NCBI GenBank assembly: GCA_038231275.1
Contig: JBBRLQ010000030.1
Location: 1 to 64,000, forward strand
From: Polyangiales bacterium
GTDB lineage: Bacteria > Myxococcota_A > Polyangia > Polyangiales > Polyangiaceae
Direction: 5' to 3'
Length of the DNA: 64,000 nt
How positions within the stretch are numbered: position 1 is the stretch's first letter; every line of letters begins with the position of its first letter. Both the position numbers and the translations under genes were made by a program. The notes below the pieces were generated by a model that worked only from the letters and a program-made list of their open reading frames with translations, searched no databases and had not been told where the DNA came from. Of the stretch, positions 29,398-38,623 are shown piece after piece.

Positions 29398-30528
29398 TCA
29401 CCATAGCTCCCGCAGCGCGAAGGCGACCCACTCGACGCCTCGCCTCGCCACCGAGCGCGCGCGCCACGTGTCGAGATCGACCCTGCGCGCCGCCGCGACG
29501 TCGTGGTCGAACCACGTCGCACACGACTCGCCGAAAGCATCGTCCTCGACGGCGAGGTTGATCTCGAGGTTCTTGCGCCACGAGCGCTCGTCCAGGTTGT
29601 AGCTGCCGATCGTCACGAAGCTGCGGTCGATGATGGCGGTCTTCGAGTGCATCATCGGGCCTGGCATCGCGTGGATCGCCACGCCGTGGCGGAGCAGCGA
29701 GTCGAAGAGTGCTTCGGCGGCGTACTGCACGACCTGCACGTCGCTGCGCTCGGGGACGAGGACGCGAACCTGAACGCCGCGCGCGACGGCGCGGAAGAGC
29801 GCGCGGCGCACCGAGCGATCGGGGACGAAATACGAGTTGGCGATGTCGACGGTCTTCTTCGCGCCGCCGATGCGCACGAGGTACTCGCGGTGGATGCTGC
29901 GGCGGTGGCGGCGCTGGCTCGCGAGGACCCACACGGGACGAGTTCGCCTTCGCGCGAGCGGCCGCACGTCGGTCGGGGTGGCCTTGCGCGCGACGCGGCG
30001 CCACGTCCGGTAAAAGAGGGTGCGCATCTCCTCGGCGGCGATGCCCTCGACCTCCACCATGTCGTCGCGCCAGCCTTCGCCTCCCTCGGTGGTCGGGGCC
30101 CACTGAAGGCCGAGGTTGATGCCGCCGGTGAAGCCGCGGCGGCCGTCGACGACGAGGAGCTTGCGGTGATCGCGCTGCTCGATGCGGGCCCAGCGGAAGG
30201 CGGGATCGAAGGGGAGGACCGAGTGGAACTCGCGGACTGCGCCGCCCGCGCGCTCGAGCGGCCCCCAGAATCCGCCGGTGACGCCGAGGCTGCCGAGCGA
30301 GTCGTAGACGACGCGGACGGCGACGCCCTCCTTGGCGCGCTTGGCGAGCGCGTCGCGGAAGCGCTCGCCGACGGCGTCGGTCGCGATCCAATACATTTCG
30401 AGAAGGATTTCGCGCTCGGCGCGGGCGATGGCGTCGAGCATCGCCGGGAACGCCGCGGCGCCGTCGCGAAGGAGGCGCACGCGATCGTCGCCAACGGGGA
30501 ACCACGCGCTCTCCGTCACGGCGCCCAC
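29398..30528 (-). CDS. clsB: Cardiolipin synthase B-like phospholipase D
   Basis: Two HKD motifs (HRKLLVVD, HSKTAIID), GGIN, GSYNLD, NLE; no N-terminal TMs. Confidence 0.85.
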   Translation of the reverse strand: MGAVTESAWFPVGDDRVRLLRDGAAAFPAMLDAIARAEREILLEMYWIATDAVGERFRDALAKRAKEGVAVRVVYDSLGSLGVTGGFWGPLERAGGAVREFHSVLPFDPAFRWARIEQRDHRKLLVVDGRRGFTGGINLGLQWAPTTEGGEGWRDDMVEVEGIAAEEMRTLFYRTWRRVARKATPTDVRPLARRRTRPVWVLASQRRHRRSIHREYLVRIGGAKKTVDIANSYFVPDRSVRRALFRAVARGVQVRVLVPERSDVQVVQYAAEALFDSLLRHGVAIHAMPGPMMHSKTAIIDRSFVTIGSYNLDERSWRKNLEINLAVEDDAFGESCATWFDHDVAAARRVDLDTWRARSVARRGVEWVAFALRELW

Positions 30529-30559
30529 GGTCGCGGCTCTTTCGTCATGGCGTCTTCGG

Positions 30560-32989
30560 TCATGGCGTCCTCGGTGCGCGAGGGCGCGCGGCCACGATCA
30601 CGAGCGCGTCGTCGCGCAGCGCGGCGGCGGCGAAGGCACGGACGCTCTCGAGCGTCACGGCGGGTGGCGCAGGCTCTCCGCGGAAGAGGGCGACGACGCG
30701 CGCGCGCGGGTCGAGCGACGAAGCGAGGTCGGCGGCGGCGCGGGAGGCGCCCGCGCGCGCGAAGTCGGAGTCGGTGAGGGCACCCTGACGGAGACGATCG
30801 AGCAGCGCGCGGGTCTGCGCGACCGCCGCGTCGAGGGCGCCGCCGGCGGTCGCGACGCGCACGACGAGCGCCGATGCGAGGCGCCCCCCCACGACGCGAG
30901 CGCTCCAGGAACGTGCGAGGCCAGGCTCGCCGAGCGCCGACGCGAGCAATCCTTGTGGCCCGTCGAGCGCCATCGCGACGACGCCGGCCGCGGCGCTGGC
31001 GGCGGCGTCGCCCGCGGGGAGGGGAATGGCCAGGAGCGCTTCGGTGCTGCCTCCGATTGTCTCGACCGGGTAGGTGCCGGGGCGGGTCGCGGCGGGCACC
31101 GTCGCCTGCGGGCACGCGCGCGTCTCGCCGGGACGTCGCGCGACCCAGCGATCGGTCGCGCGCGCCGCGGCCTCGGCCTGCGCGGCGTCCACGTTTGCGA
31201 GGGCCGCGACGCGCAGCGGTCCGGCACGCAACGCCGACGCGCGGAGGGCCACGGCGACGTCGCTCGAACGGCCGAGCGCTTCGGCCGTGCCGTACGGGAA
31301 AATCCAGGAGGGGCGCTGCGGCGAGATCGCGAGCGCGATCGCCGTCATCGCGCGCCCGTCGTCCTGCTCGGCGGCGCGTAGCAGCTGGCCGCGCGCGGCC
31401 GTCGCGCGCGGCAGATCGATCGGCTCGGCGGCGAACGCGCGCGCGGCGACGTCGGCGACCCTCCGCGCATGCGCTGTCGCGCTCTCCCCGGGGAGCGCGG
31501 CGCCGTGCGCGACGAGGCCGATCGCATCGGGCGTCACGTAAGGCTCGACGGACACTCCCGCGGATCCGCCGCCAGAGGTCGCGTCGCGCGCCATCGCGAG
31601 CGCCGCGCCCGCCGCGAGCCCGGCGTCGGCCTCGGCCTCCGCGAGCGTCCCGCACGGCGAGCCGACGAGCACCCAGACCTCGCCCTGTCCGCGCTCGATG
31701 CGCGTGCGCGATTCGACGACCGGCTCGTGCCACGCGATCGTGGCGCGATCGAGCGCGCTCTTGATCGCCGCGTGCAGCGGGCTCCCGCTCTCGGGCGGAG
31801 GTCCTTCGCGCCCTCCGGCGACGCCGATCGCCACCGCCACGCGCGTCCCCGCCGAATCCTCGCGGTCGGCCGCGATCGCCCACCACGCCGCGCGCTCGGC
31901 CGCCTCGCGCGGATCCGCCGCGCCCCTCGCTGCGAGCCGCGCGCTCGCGCCATCGACGGTCGCGCCGTCGAGCTCGACGACCAGCTCTTGGCGCGCCAAG
32001 GCGACCGCGGTGGCGATCCGCGACGGCGCATCGGCGCCGAGATCGCGCGCCGCGAGATCGATCGTGACGGCCAGGCATCCGCCTCTCGCGTGCGCGGTCG
32101 CCACCACGTCGCGGATCTTCGCGGGCGCGTCGAGCGCGCCGAGGCGCGACGCCAATGGCCCACGCGGATCGCCTACGGTCGCCGCCGTTGCGATCGCCGC
32201 CGCCGCGCGCGGAACGAACACCGCGAGCGTCGCGCGCGCGCCGCCGGACGAGACCTCGCCGGTCGCGTCGTACACCTCGGTCGCGTCTCCCGCAGGCGGC
32301 AAGGCCTCGGGCGGCGGCGCCGTCACCTCTGGCCACGGTCCGCCCTTGCCGAGCGCGCGCCCGACCTCGTCTCCTGCGCGCGACGAGCCCACCGTCGCGA
32401 ACGCGACGCGCGCGCCCCCGTGCGCCGCGCGCCGCCACGCCTCGAGCTCTGCCAGCGTCGCGCCGTCGAGCGCGCTCCTCCCCGGCGCACCGAAGACCTC
32501 CCCGCGGCATCGCACGGCCGCGCGCAGCGCCGGATCGCGCATGGGCCGCGCCGCGAGCGCCGCCAGCTTCTTCTTCGCCTTCGCGAGATCCCCGTCCGCC
32601 ACCGGCGTGAGCATCGCCGCGCGGATCGCCTCCGAAGCGCGCGCCGCCTCCGCCTCCGACGTGACGAGCGCGCGCACCCGGTACCCGCTCCACCCCGGCA
32701 GCACTTGCGCGTCGACCTTCCCTTCGAGGCGCCCCTCCACGATCGCGGCGAGCGCCACCGCCACCTCGGCGCCTCGCGCGTCCGCGATCCCGCCGGTTGC
32801 CACCGTCGCGGCGAGCCCGCCTCGAGGATCGCCTTCGCGCGTCACGACCGCGAGCGGCGGCATCCCGCGCACGAGGCGCAGCGAATCATTCCCCGATGTG
32901 CTCGGGGCACTCGGCGCGCGCGCAGGCGGCGACCCGCAGCCCAACACGCAGATCGCCGCCGCCGCGAGGACGGCGGACGTTCCCCTCAT
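30560..32989 (-). CDS. Large Ala-rich lipoprotein, possibly an inactive M16/insulinase-like fold
   Basis: MRGTSAVLAAAAICVLGC lipobox; ATGA overlap with the upstream gene; C-terminal VTLESVRAFAAAAL resembles M16; no HxxEH. Confidence 0.55.
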   Translation of the reverse strand: MRGTSAVLAAAAICVLGCGSPPARAPSAPSTSGNDSLRLVRGMPPLAVVTREGDPRGGLAATVATGGIADARGAEVAVALAAIVEGRLEGKVDAQVLPGWSGYRVRALVTSEAEAARASEAIRAAMLTPVADGDLAKAKKKLAALAARPMRDPALRAAVRCRGEVFGAPGRSALDGATLAELEAWRRAAHGGARVAFATVGSSRAGDEVGRALGKGGPWPEVTAPPPEALPPAGDATEVYDATGEVSSGGARATLAVFVPRAAAAIATAATVGDPRGPLASRLGALDAPAKIRDVVATAHARGGCLAVTIDLAARDLGADAPSRIATAVALARQELVVELDGATVDGASARLAARGAADPREAAERAAWWAIAADREDSAGTRVAVAIGVAGGREGPPPESGSPLHAAIKSALDRATIAWHEPVVESRTRIERGQGEVWVLVGSPCGTLAEAEADAGLAAGAALAMARDATSGGGSAGVSVEPYVTPDAIGLVAHGAALPGESATAHARRVADVAARAFAAEPIDLPRATAARGQLLRAAEQDDGRAMTAIALAISPQRPSWIFPYGTAEALGRSSDVAVALRASALRAGPLRVAALANVDAAQAEAAARATDRWVARRPGETRACPQATVPAATRPGTYPVETIGGSTEALLAIPLPAGDAAASAAAGVVAMALDGPQGLLASALGEPGLARSWSARVVGGRLASALVVRVATAGGALDAAVAQTRALLDRLRQGALTDSDFARAGASRAAADLASSLDPRARVVALFRGEPAPPAVTLESVRAFAAAALRDDALVIVAARPRAPRTP

Positions 32990-33792
32990 TGAGCGAAGAC
33001 GATGTCGGCCTGCGAGCGGGGAGCGATGTGCAGATCGTAGAAGTAGGTGACGATCCCCGTTAGGGTCGCGATCCTCGTGTTGGCCGGCGCGGTGTCGAGC
33101 TGAATGAGCTCGTTCGTGACCTTGCCCTTGAGCGCCGGCGTCAGGTGCCCCGAACGACGCCCCGTCTCGGCGCCCGTGCTGCTGCTCGTCTCCTTGATGA
33201 TGCCGTCGAGGTTGATGTTCTTCACGACCACGAGCATCCCGATCCACTTGGCGCCCTTCGAGTAGTCGTCGAGATCGGTCGCATCGATCGCGGCCGGCGT
33301 CGGCGGTTGGTACTCGTAGCGGAACGTGCCGATCGGCTTGGCGAGCTGCGTGAGCACCTGTCCCGCCGGGAAGACCGCTGTTCCGATGTGATCGTTCTCT
33401 TGGTAGTTGCCTGCGAGATCGAGCACGTCGCCCGGCGCGAGGCGAAGATCGCCTGGCACGAACGTGGGGCTGTAGAGGCTGATGCCGCTCCACGGATCCT
33501 GCGAGCCGACGTCCTGCACGTAGACGGTGCCGCGGCTCTTGCCGTTGGCCGTCTCGTCGAACGTGTCGACGCCGAGCACCGCGGCGCCCGTGACGGTCAC
33601 CGCCGGGAGCGGCGTCGCTTTGCCGTTCGGGTGTCCCGGCAACGACGGATCGGTGACCTGCTTGATGCGCAGCCCCGTGCCGAGGGGGGTAGGCGGCGGC
33701 GGCGTGCTCGGAGGGTCGCCGGAGGGCGAGCTGCAGGCGGCGGCGACCAAGGCGAACATGGCGAGCGAGGCCAAGCGGAGGGGGCGTTTCAT
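32986..33792 (-). CDS. Lipoprotein with probable tandem OB-fold domains
   Basis: VAAAC lipobox; GTVYVQD..SGI.LY..PGDVLDLAG.Y.E and GMLVVVKN..LTGIV..HIAPRS resemble OB folds of extracellular nucleases. Confidence 0.65.
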   Translation of the reverse strand: MKRPLRLASLAMFALVAAACSSPSGDPPSTPPPPTPLGTGLRIKQVTDPSLPGHPNGKATPLPAVTVTGAAVLGVDTFDETANGKSRGTVYVQDVGSQDPWSGISLYSPTFVPGDLRLAPGDVLDLAGNYQENDHIGTAVFPAGQVLTQLAKPIGTFRYEYQPPTPAAIDATDLDDYSKGAKWIGMLVVVKNINLDGIIKETSSSTGAETGRRSGHLTPALKGKVTNELIQLDTAPANTRIATLTGIVTYFYDLHIAPRSQADIVFAQ

Positions 33793-33963
33793 CGGGCGGG
33801 TGTGGCTTACTACAGAATCCGCCCCTCGACAAAAGCGGTCTCGCCTAGTCCTGTCCCGTGTGACCCAGGACAAAACGGCGAGGGACGGAAGAAGCCCCAG
33901 AGCCTCTCCGTCCCACGCAGTAATCTTGAGGTGTTGCGGGCGCGGTGGCGCTCGCCGACGCGG

Positions 33964-34644
33964 TCAGGCGGCCTTGGGCTTCACGAGGCCGAGGACGCTC
34001 TCGAGGCGGGACTGGATCTTGTGCTTCTTCGAGTAGACCGTCTTGACGCTGATGTTCATGCGGACGGCGATCTCGGTCGGGTCCATGCCCTCGCCGAAGT
34101 AAAGGGCCGCGAACGCGCGGTCCTTCTCGCTGAAGCCCTCGAGGGCGACGGCCGCGATCGCGGCGCGCTCGTGCTCGGCGGTCATCTCGAAGGGATCGGG
34201 CAGGTCGCACACGAGCTCGCAGGCCTCGGCGAGCTGCTCCTTCTGCGGCTCGCGCTTGAGCGAGCGGAGGTAGTCGTACGCGCAGTTGATGGCGAGGAGG
34301 CCAATCCAGCTGGAAAAGCGGTTCCCGCGCTCCGGATCGAACGTGCGGAGCTTGTGCTTGTCGTTCGCGAGGAGGGACAGGTAGAGCGTCGCGTAGACCT
34401 CACGGACGTCGTCCTGCGCGACGATGGCGGAGAAGCGGCGCGTCACCTTCGTGATGCAGCGGTGGATGAGGCGGTCGTAGCGACGCTGAAACTCGCGCCA
34501 GGCGCGCGGCACGTTCGCGATCATGCCCGAGATGAGCGTCGCGTCGTTCTCGTAGTCGAGCGCCGAAGGATCGAACTTCGGGAAGATGCCGCTCTGAAAC
34601 CGGACATACTCCGTCGTCTCCGCCTGCTTGACTGCTTCCGACAT
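33964..34644 (-). CDS. ECF-type sigma-70 factor
   Basis: Region 2 AWREF..RY..FSSWIGLLAINCAYDYLR; region 4 EIAVRMNISVKTVYSKKHK; no region 3; start uncertain. Confidence 0.88.
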   Translation of the reverse strand: MSEAVKQAETTEYVRFQSGIFPKFDPSALDYENDATLISGMIANVPRAWREFQRRYDRLIHRCITKVTRRFSAIVAQDDVREVYATLYLSLLANDKHKLRTFDPERGNRFSSWIGLLAINCAYDYLRSLKREPQKEQLAEACELVCDLPDPFEMTAEHERAAIAAVALEGFSEKDRAFAALYFGEGMDPTEIAVRMNISVKTVYSKKHKIQSRLESVLGLVKPKAA

Positions 34645-34810
34645 GTTTTGTTCTGCCTCTCCAAAAAGTGCCGAGCGTTGCGCGTCGGCGAGAGGACGTA
34701 GAGCAGGGGTCGTGCCAGCCAAAAACAGGGGAGATTTTCGTGGGTGTGCCGTACCAACGGGCGTCACGTTTCGCTAAGTGCACGTATCCACGATGGGCCA
34801 GGATGCGTCA

Positions 34811-34901
34811 CTCCGTAACAGCACCGTAACCGGCTCCGTAACAGGACCCGCAACCGTGACGGATTGTTACGCGTCGCGCGGAGCGCTTGTTACGCCTCGC
34901 G
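34811..34901. promoter_or_regulatory. Array of phased CGTAAC/GTTACG motifs upstream of the ECF sigma gene
   Basis: CCGTAAC at 34813, 34824 and 34836; CCGCAAC at 34848; CCGTGAC at 34854; inverted TTGTTACG at 34864 and 34887. Confidence 0.6.
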
Positions 34902-35324
34902 TGTCGCGTCGACTTCGGCGGCCTTTGCCCGCACGAACGCCGCGACGGTGCGCATGGGCACGCGTCCCGGGCAGCGCGCTTCGAGCTCTTTGAGGCGCGC
35001 GTCGGTCGTCGCCGCGAAGCTCCGGAGGGCCGCGTCGTAGTCCGGCATGCTGCGCGAGCTGGCGAGCATGAGATCCATCGTGCCGCCGTAGACGCCCCCG
35101 GACTGCGCCGCCCGCAGGCCCTCGCCGAGATCGCAGAGGCCGCACGCGATGCAGCCGCTCATCTTCGCGAGGGCGCGCCGCTCGTCGGGCGCGACGGGCG
35201 GCAGGCGATCGGGCGCATAGCTCGCGCGGAAGGCCGCGAGGCCTCGTCTCGCGCCGAAGATCGGCGCGAGGAGCGAACCAAGGAGCGCCCACGCGAGCAA
35301 GACGACGGCGTAGAGGCGTTCCAT
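34890..35324 (-). CDS. Small membrane-anchored putative Fe-S protein
   Basis: N-terminal TM, CIACGLC and a distal CP. Confidence 0.65.
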   Translation of the reverse strand: MERLYAVVLLAWALLGSLLAPIFGARRGLAAFRASYAPDRLPPVAPDERRALAKMSGCIACGLCDLGEGLRAAQSGGVYGGTMDLMLASSRSMPDYDAALRSFAATTDARLKELEARCPGRVPMRTVAAFVRAKAAEVDATREA

Positions 35325-35438
35325 GCGGTCGACGTTACCAGACGGCGTCGATCACGACCTGTTCGCTCCACTTCAGAGGCGGAGATGCGGCGGAGTGCCG
35401 CGCCTCGCCGTCGTCGCGGAGCGTGGTAAGCCTCTCCC

Positions 35439-35927
35439 GTGTTGCGCGCCCTCGCGATCGTTCTCGTCGTCGCCGGCGCCTCCTGCGCCCACCGGCAGCA
35501 TCAGGGCGAGGGGACTCCGGGCTTCCGTCCACCGCTTGGCGACACGCGCGCGTCGTCACCGACCGCCGCGTCGCCCACGGCGGCGCCCGAGTCGCTCGCG
35601 CAGGGGAGCACGGCCCCGGACGACGGACGTCAAGTCGGCCTCGCGACCTGGTACGGCCGCGAGTTCGCCGGCAAGAAGACCGCGAACGGCGAGCGCTTCG
35701 ATCCCGGGGGAATGACGTGCGCCCACCGCAAGCTCCCGTTCGGCACATGGGTCGAGGTTCGCCGCATCGAGACCGGCCGCACCGTCCGCGTTCGCGTCAA
35801 CGATCGCGGCCCGTGGGGTGATGCGCGCAAGGTCATCGATCTCTCGCGCCGCGCCGCCGAGGAGCTCGACATGATCAAGGAGGGAGCGGTGAAGGTCGAG
35901 GTCCGCGTCGTCCGAGGCCCCGAATAG
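35439..35927 (+). CDS. rlpA: RlpA-family lytic transglycosylase lipoprotein
   Basis: GLATWYG..TANGE..TCAHRKLPFG..VRVNDRGP..IDLS; lipobox AGASC. Confidence 0.92.
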   Translation: MLRALAIVLVVAGASCAHRQHQGEGTPGFRPPLGDTRASSPTAASPTAAPESLAQGSTAPDDGRQVGLATWYGREFAGKKTANGERFDPGGMTCAHRKLPFGTWVEVRRIETGRTVRVRVNDRGPWGDARKVIDLSRRAAEELDMIKEGAVKVEVRVVRGPE

Positions 35928-35963
35928 GGAAGCGTGCGGCGGGGGTGCTACGCTAGCGCACGG

Positions 35964-37046
35964 ATGCGAGGGGCCAGGGTCGTTGCCGGCGTGATGGGGA
36001 TCGGCGTGGCGGCGGCCGCGGTCCTGGCGGCGCTCTCCGCGTGCTCCGATCTCATCGAAAACCTCCCCACTGCCGACGCCGGCACCCCGCTCGGCCAAGT
36101 GCTCAGGCGGACCGATCCGTCGTGCGTCGCGCCGCCCTATGGCGCGCACATCGTCTACCAGGCGCAAGGGAACAACCACCTCTTCCGGATCGACGCGACG
36201 CCCGGCGCGAAGCCCGAGGACATCTCGGCGAAGCTCGACGTCCTCGGCGCCACCGGCAGCGACGAGTTCATCAACGTGTCCCCCGACGGCGACTGGATGA
36301 TCGTCGGCGCGACGCGCCTCGGATGCGACGCATCGTGCGCTGCGCTCGTGGGGCGCGACGTGTGCTCCGCGCAGGTGATCGTCAGCGAGGGCGTGCCGAT
36401 CTCCCCGAGCGGGACGTCCGCGGTCGCGAGCGGCGGCAACGCGGTCGTGTTTCCTTCTGACAAAATCGCCGGCCGTCGAGATCTCTACGTCGTCCGCCGC
36501 CAAGACCCGACGACGTGGACGCCCGCCGTGAACCTCACCGCCGCGTCGAAGGGAATCTGGAACCAGCGTCCTGCAATCAGCGCCGACGGCACCAAGGTCG
36601 TCTTCGACTGCGGCGCGGATCCGAGCTCGGGCCCCGGCACCGCGGTCTGCCAGGTCGGCCTCGACGGCAACGGGCTCACGGTCCTCAAGGCGGGCGATCT
36701 CGCCGCCACCGTCACGCCCGACACGTACCTCGCGCACGGCGATTTCGCGGGAGACGGCAGCCTGGTCGTCGAGGCGACGCTCAACGCGACCGCGCAAGTC
36801 TGGCAGATCACGGGGACCAAGCCGCGCGTCCTCAACGGCGAGCAGCTCCCCACCGGTGAGTACAAATTCGCCGCCGACACCGGGCCCTGCGTCCTCCCCG
36901 ACGATCGCGTGGTCAGCACCTGGGCGCAGCGCATCCCCGGCAAGGGGGTGCACGAGCTCAAGATCACCGATCTCGCCGGCACGACGCCGCAGCTGCTCCT
37001 CGCGGACGTCGACGTGGTCGACAACGGCCTCGGCTGCGGCCGCTGA
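35964..37046 (+). CDS. TolB/PD40-like beta-propeller lipoprotein
   Basis: LSAC lipobox; SPDG, RPAISADGTKVVF, DLYVV motifs. Confidence 0.7.
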   Translation: MRGARVVAGVMGIGVAAAAVLAALSACSDLIENLPTADAGTPLGQVLRRTDPSCVAPPYGAHIVYQAQGNNHLFRIDATPGAKPEDISAKLDVLGATGSDEFINVSPDGDWMIVGATRLGCDASCAALVGRDVCSAQVIVSEGVPISPSGTSAVASGGNAVVFPSDKIAGRRDLYVVRRQDPTTWTPAVNLTAASKGIWNQRPAISADGTKVVFDCGADPSSGPGTAVCQVGLDGNGLTVLKAGDLAATVTPDTYLAHGDFAGDGSLVVEATLNATAQVWQITGTKPRVLNGEQLPTGEYKFAADTGPCVLPDDRVVSTWAQRIPGKGVHELKITDLAGTTPQLLLADVDVVDNGLGCGR

Positions 37047-37073
37047 GTGGAGCGAAACGCTCCTTGACCGGAA

Positions 37074-37601
37074 CTACTCGACCACGCGCACGCGGGTCGC
37101 GAATGTACGTGCATATTGCACGTAAAGGCGCCCGGCTTCACGCATCCACTCGAGATCGGAGTCGCGCACCGTCCGGAGGACCTTGGCGGGGCTCCCCATC
37201 ACGAGCGAGCGCGGCGGGACCTTCATCCCAGGCGCCACCAGCGAGCCGGCTGCGACGAGGCTCTCGTCGCCGACGATCGCGCCATCGAGGACGATGCTCC
37301 CCATGCCGATGAGGCAGCGCGCGCCGACCGTGCAGCCATGGAGGAGCGCCATGTGCCCGATGGTGACGTCGTCTCCGATCGTGGTCGACGCCTTGCCCCC
37401 GGTCACGTGAACGACCGACCCGTCTTGCACATTGGTGCGCGCGCCGATGCGAATCGGGAACACGTCACCGCGAATCGTAGTGCCGAACCAGATGCTGGAC
37501 TCGTCGCCGAGGTGGACGTCGCCGATGACCGTCGCGTTCGGCGCGATGTAGACGTCTTTGCCGAGGGTGGGGCGAACGCCGTCGTGCTCGTAGAGGGGCA
37601 T
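37074..37601 (-). CDS. Gamma carbonic anhydrase family protein
   Basis: Hexapeptide repeats, RGD, NVQD..VH, IGHMALLHGC, GSPAK. Confidence 0.92.
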   Translation of the reverse strand: MPLYEHDGVRPTLGKDVYIAPNATVIGDVHLGDESSIWFGTTIRGDVFPIRIGARTNVQDGSVVHVTGGKASTTIGDDVTIGHMALLHGCTVGARCLIGMGSIVLDGAIVGDESLVAAGSLVAPGMKVPPRSLVMGSPAKVLRTVRDSDLEWMREAGRLYVQYARTFATRVRVVE

Positions 37602-37619
37602 CGCGAATCTTGCGCCGTC

Positions 37620-38597
37620 TCAGCTGCCGCACAAGAGCGTGAGGCCGAGTGAGTTGCCGCTCCCGCGCGTGCCGCAGATTCCATTGACGCAGATGCTCGA
37701 GGCGCAGGGGATCGGCGCGGCGCAGGGCTGGCCGTCGGCGATCGCGGTCGCGCATGCTTTGGAGCTGGGGTCGCAGTAGAGACCGTCCTGGCAGGACGCC
37801 GAGCTTCCCGTGCACGCGCCTCCCTTGGCCACGCGGGGCGCGCACTTGCCGCTCTGGAAATCGCAAAACGCGTCGACCGTGCACGGGTCGCCGACGCCGC
37901 TCACGCCCGAGCATTGTGCGCCGACGGGGACGAGGGCGGCGCAGGTCTTCGTAGTGGTGTCGCAGCGCGAGCCGTTCGCGTGGTCGCAAATGTAACCGCG
38001 AGGGACGGGCGCGCCGCTGATGTCCAGCTCGGTGACGCCGCGGCCCACGCGCGTACCGATGCACGGCGTGTCTCCGATCTTGCCGGCGATCTGGATCTGG
38101 CAGATGAGCGTCTGCGCGCCGCCCGTGCCGAAGTACGTCTGGCACTCGACGGTGCCCTCCGACGACGCCGCGCACTCTTTGGTGCTCGAGCAGAGGTCGC
38201 CGGGCTTCTTCGTGGCCGATGGCCCGCCCGCCGCCGTGAAGACGGCCTTGCAGTCGGGGGTGGTCCCGTCGGTGGTGCCGTCGCAGAACCCGGGCGCGTC
38301 CTTCGCGGCGTTCATCTCGGAGAGGCACGCCGCGCCTTTCGTCGAGTCGTAGCTGTTGCCGGAGGTGAAGGCGCCGACGACGCTCCGGCACACGACGCCG
38401 TCGGTGGGCTTCTTCACCGTCGCGCAACAAGGCGCCATGATCGCGCAATACGACGAGACGAACGACGACGCGTCCCCCGCGCCGCTGCCGGATAACGATG
38501 ACGACGACGACGTGGAGCCCCCGCACGCCGCCACCACGACCGCAGCGACCGCCGCGACCGCGACGAGCGCGCCTCTGGACCTCCACGACTGCGCCAT
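37620..38597 (-). CDS. Cys-rich lipoprotein
   Basis: VVAAC lipobox, Ser linker, repeated G..C....C disulfide modules. Confidence 0.75.
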   Translation of the reverse strand: MAQSWRSRGALVAVAAVAAVVVAACGGSTSSSSSLSGSGAGDASSFVSSYCAIMAPCCATVKKPTDGVVCRSVVGAFTSGNSYDSTKGAACLSEMNAAKDAPGFCDGTTDGTTPDCKAVFTAAGGPSATKKPGDLCSSTKECAASSEGTVECQTYFGTGGAQTLICQIQIAGKIGDTPCIGTRVGRGVTELDISGAPVPRGYICDHANGSRCDTTTKTCAALVPVGAQCSGVSGVGDPCTVDAFCDFQSGKCAPRVAKGGACTGSSASCQDGLYCDPSSKACATAIADGQPCAAPIPCASSICVNGICGTRGSGNSLGLTLLCGS

Positions 38598-38623
38598 CGC
38601 GATGCTGGCCTCCTCCAGGAAGC

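Noticed and set aside
30560..33832. 1090-aa ORF taken at full length
   Set aside because: The N-terminal part is an off-frame read through the upstream lipoprotein gene. The real start is the ATG at 32989, which has a lipobox.
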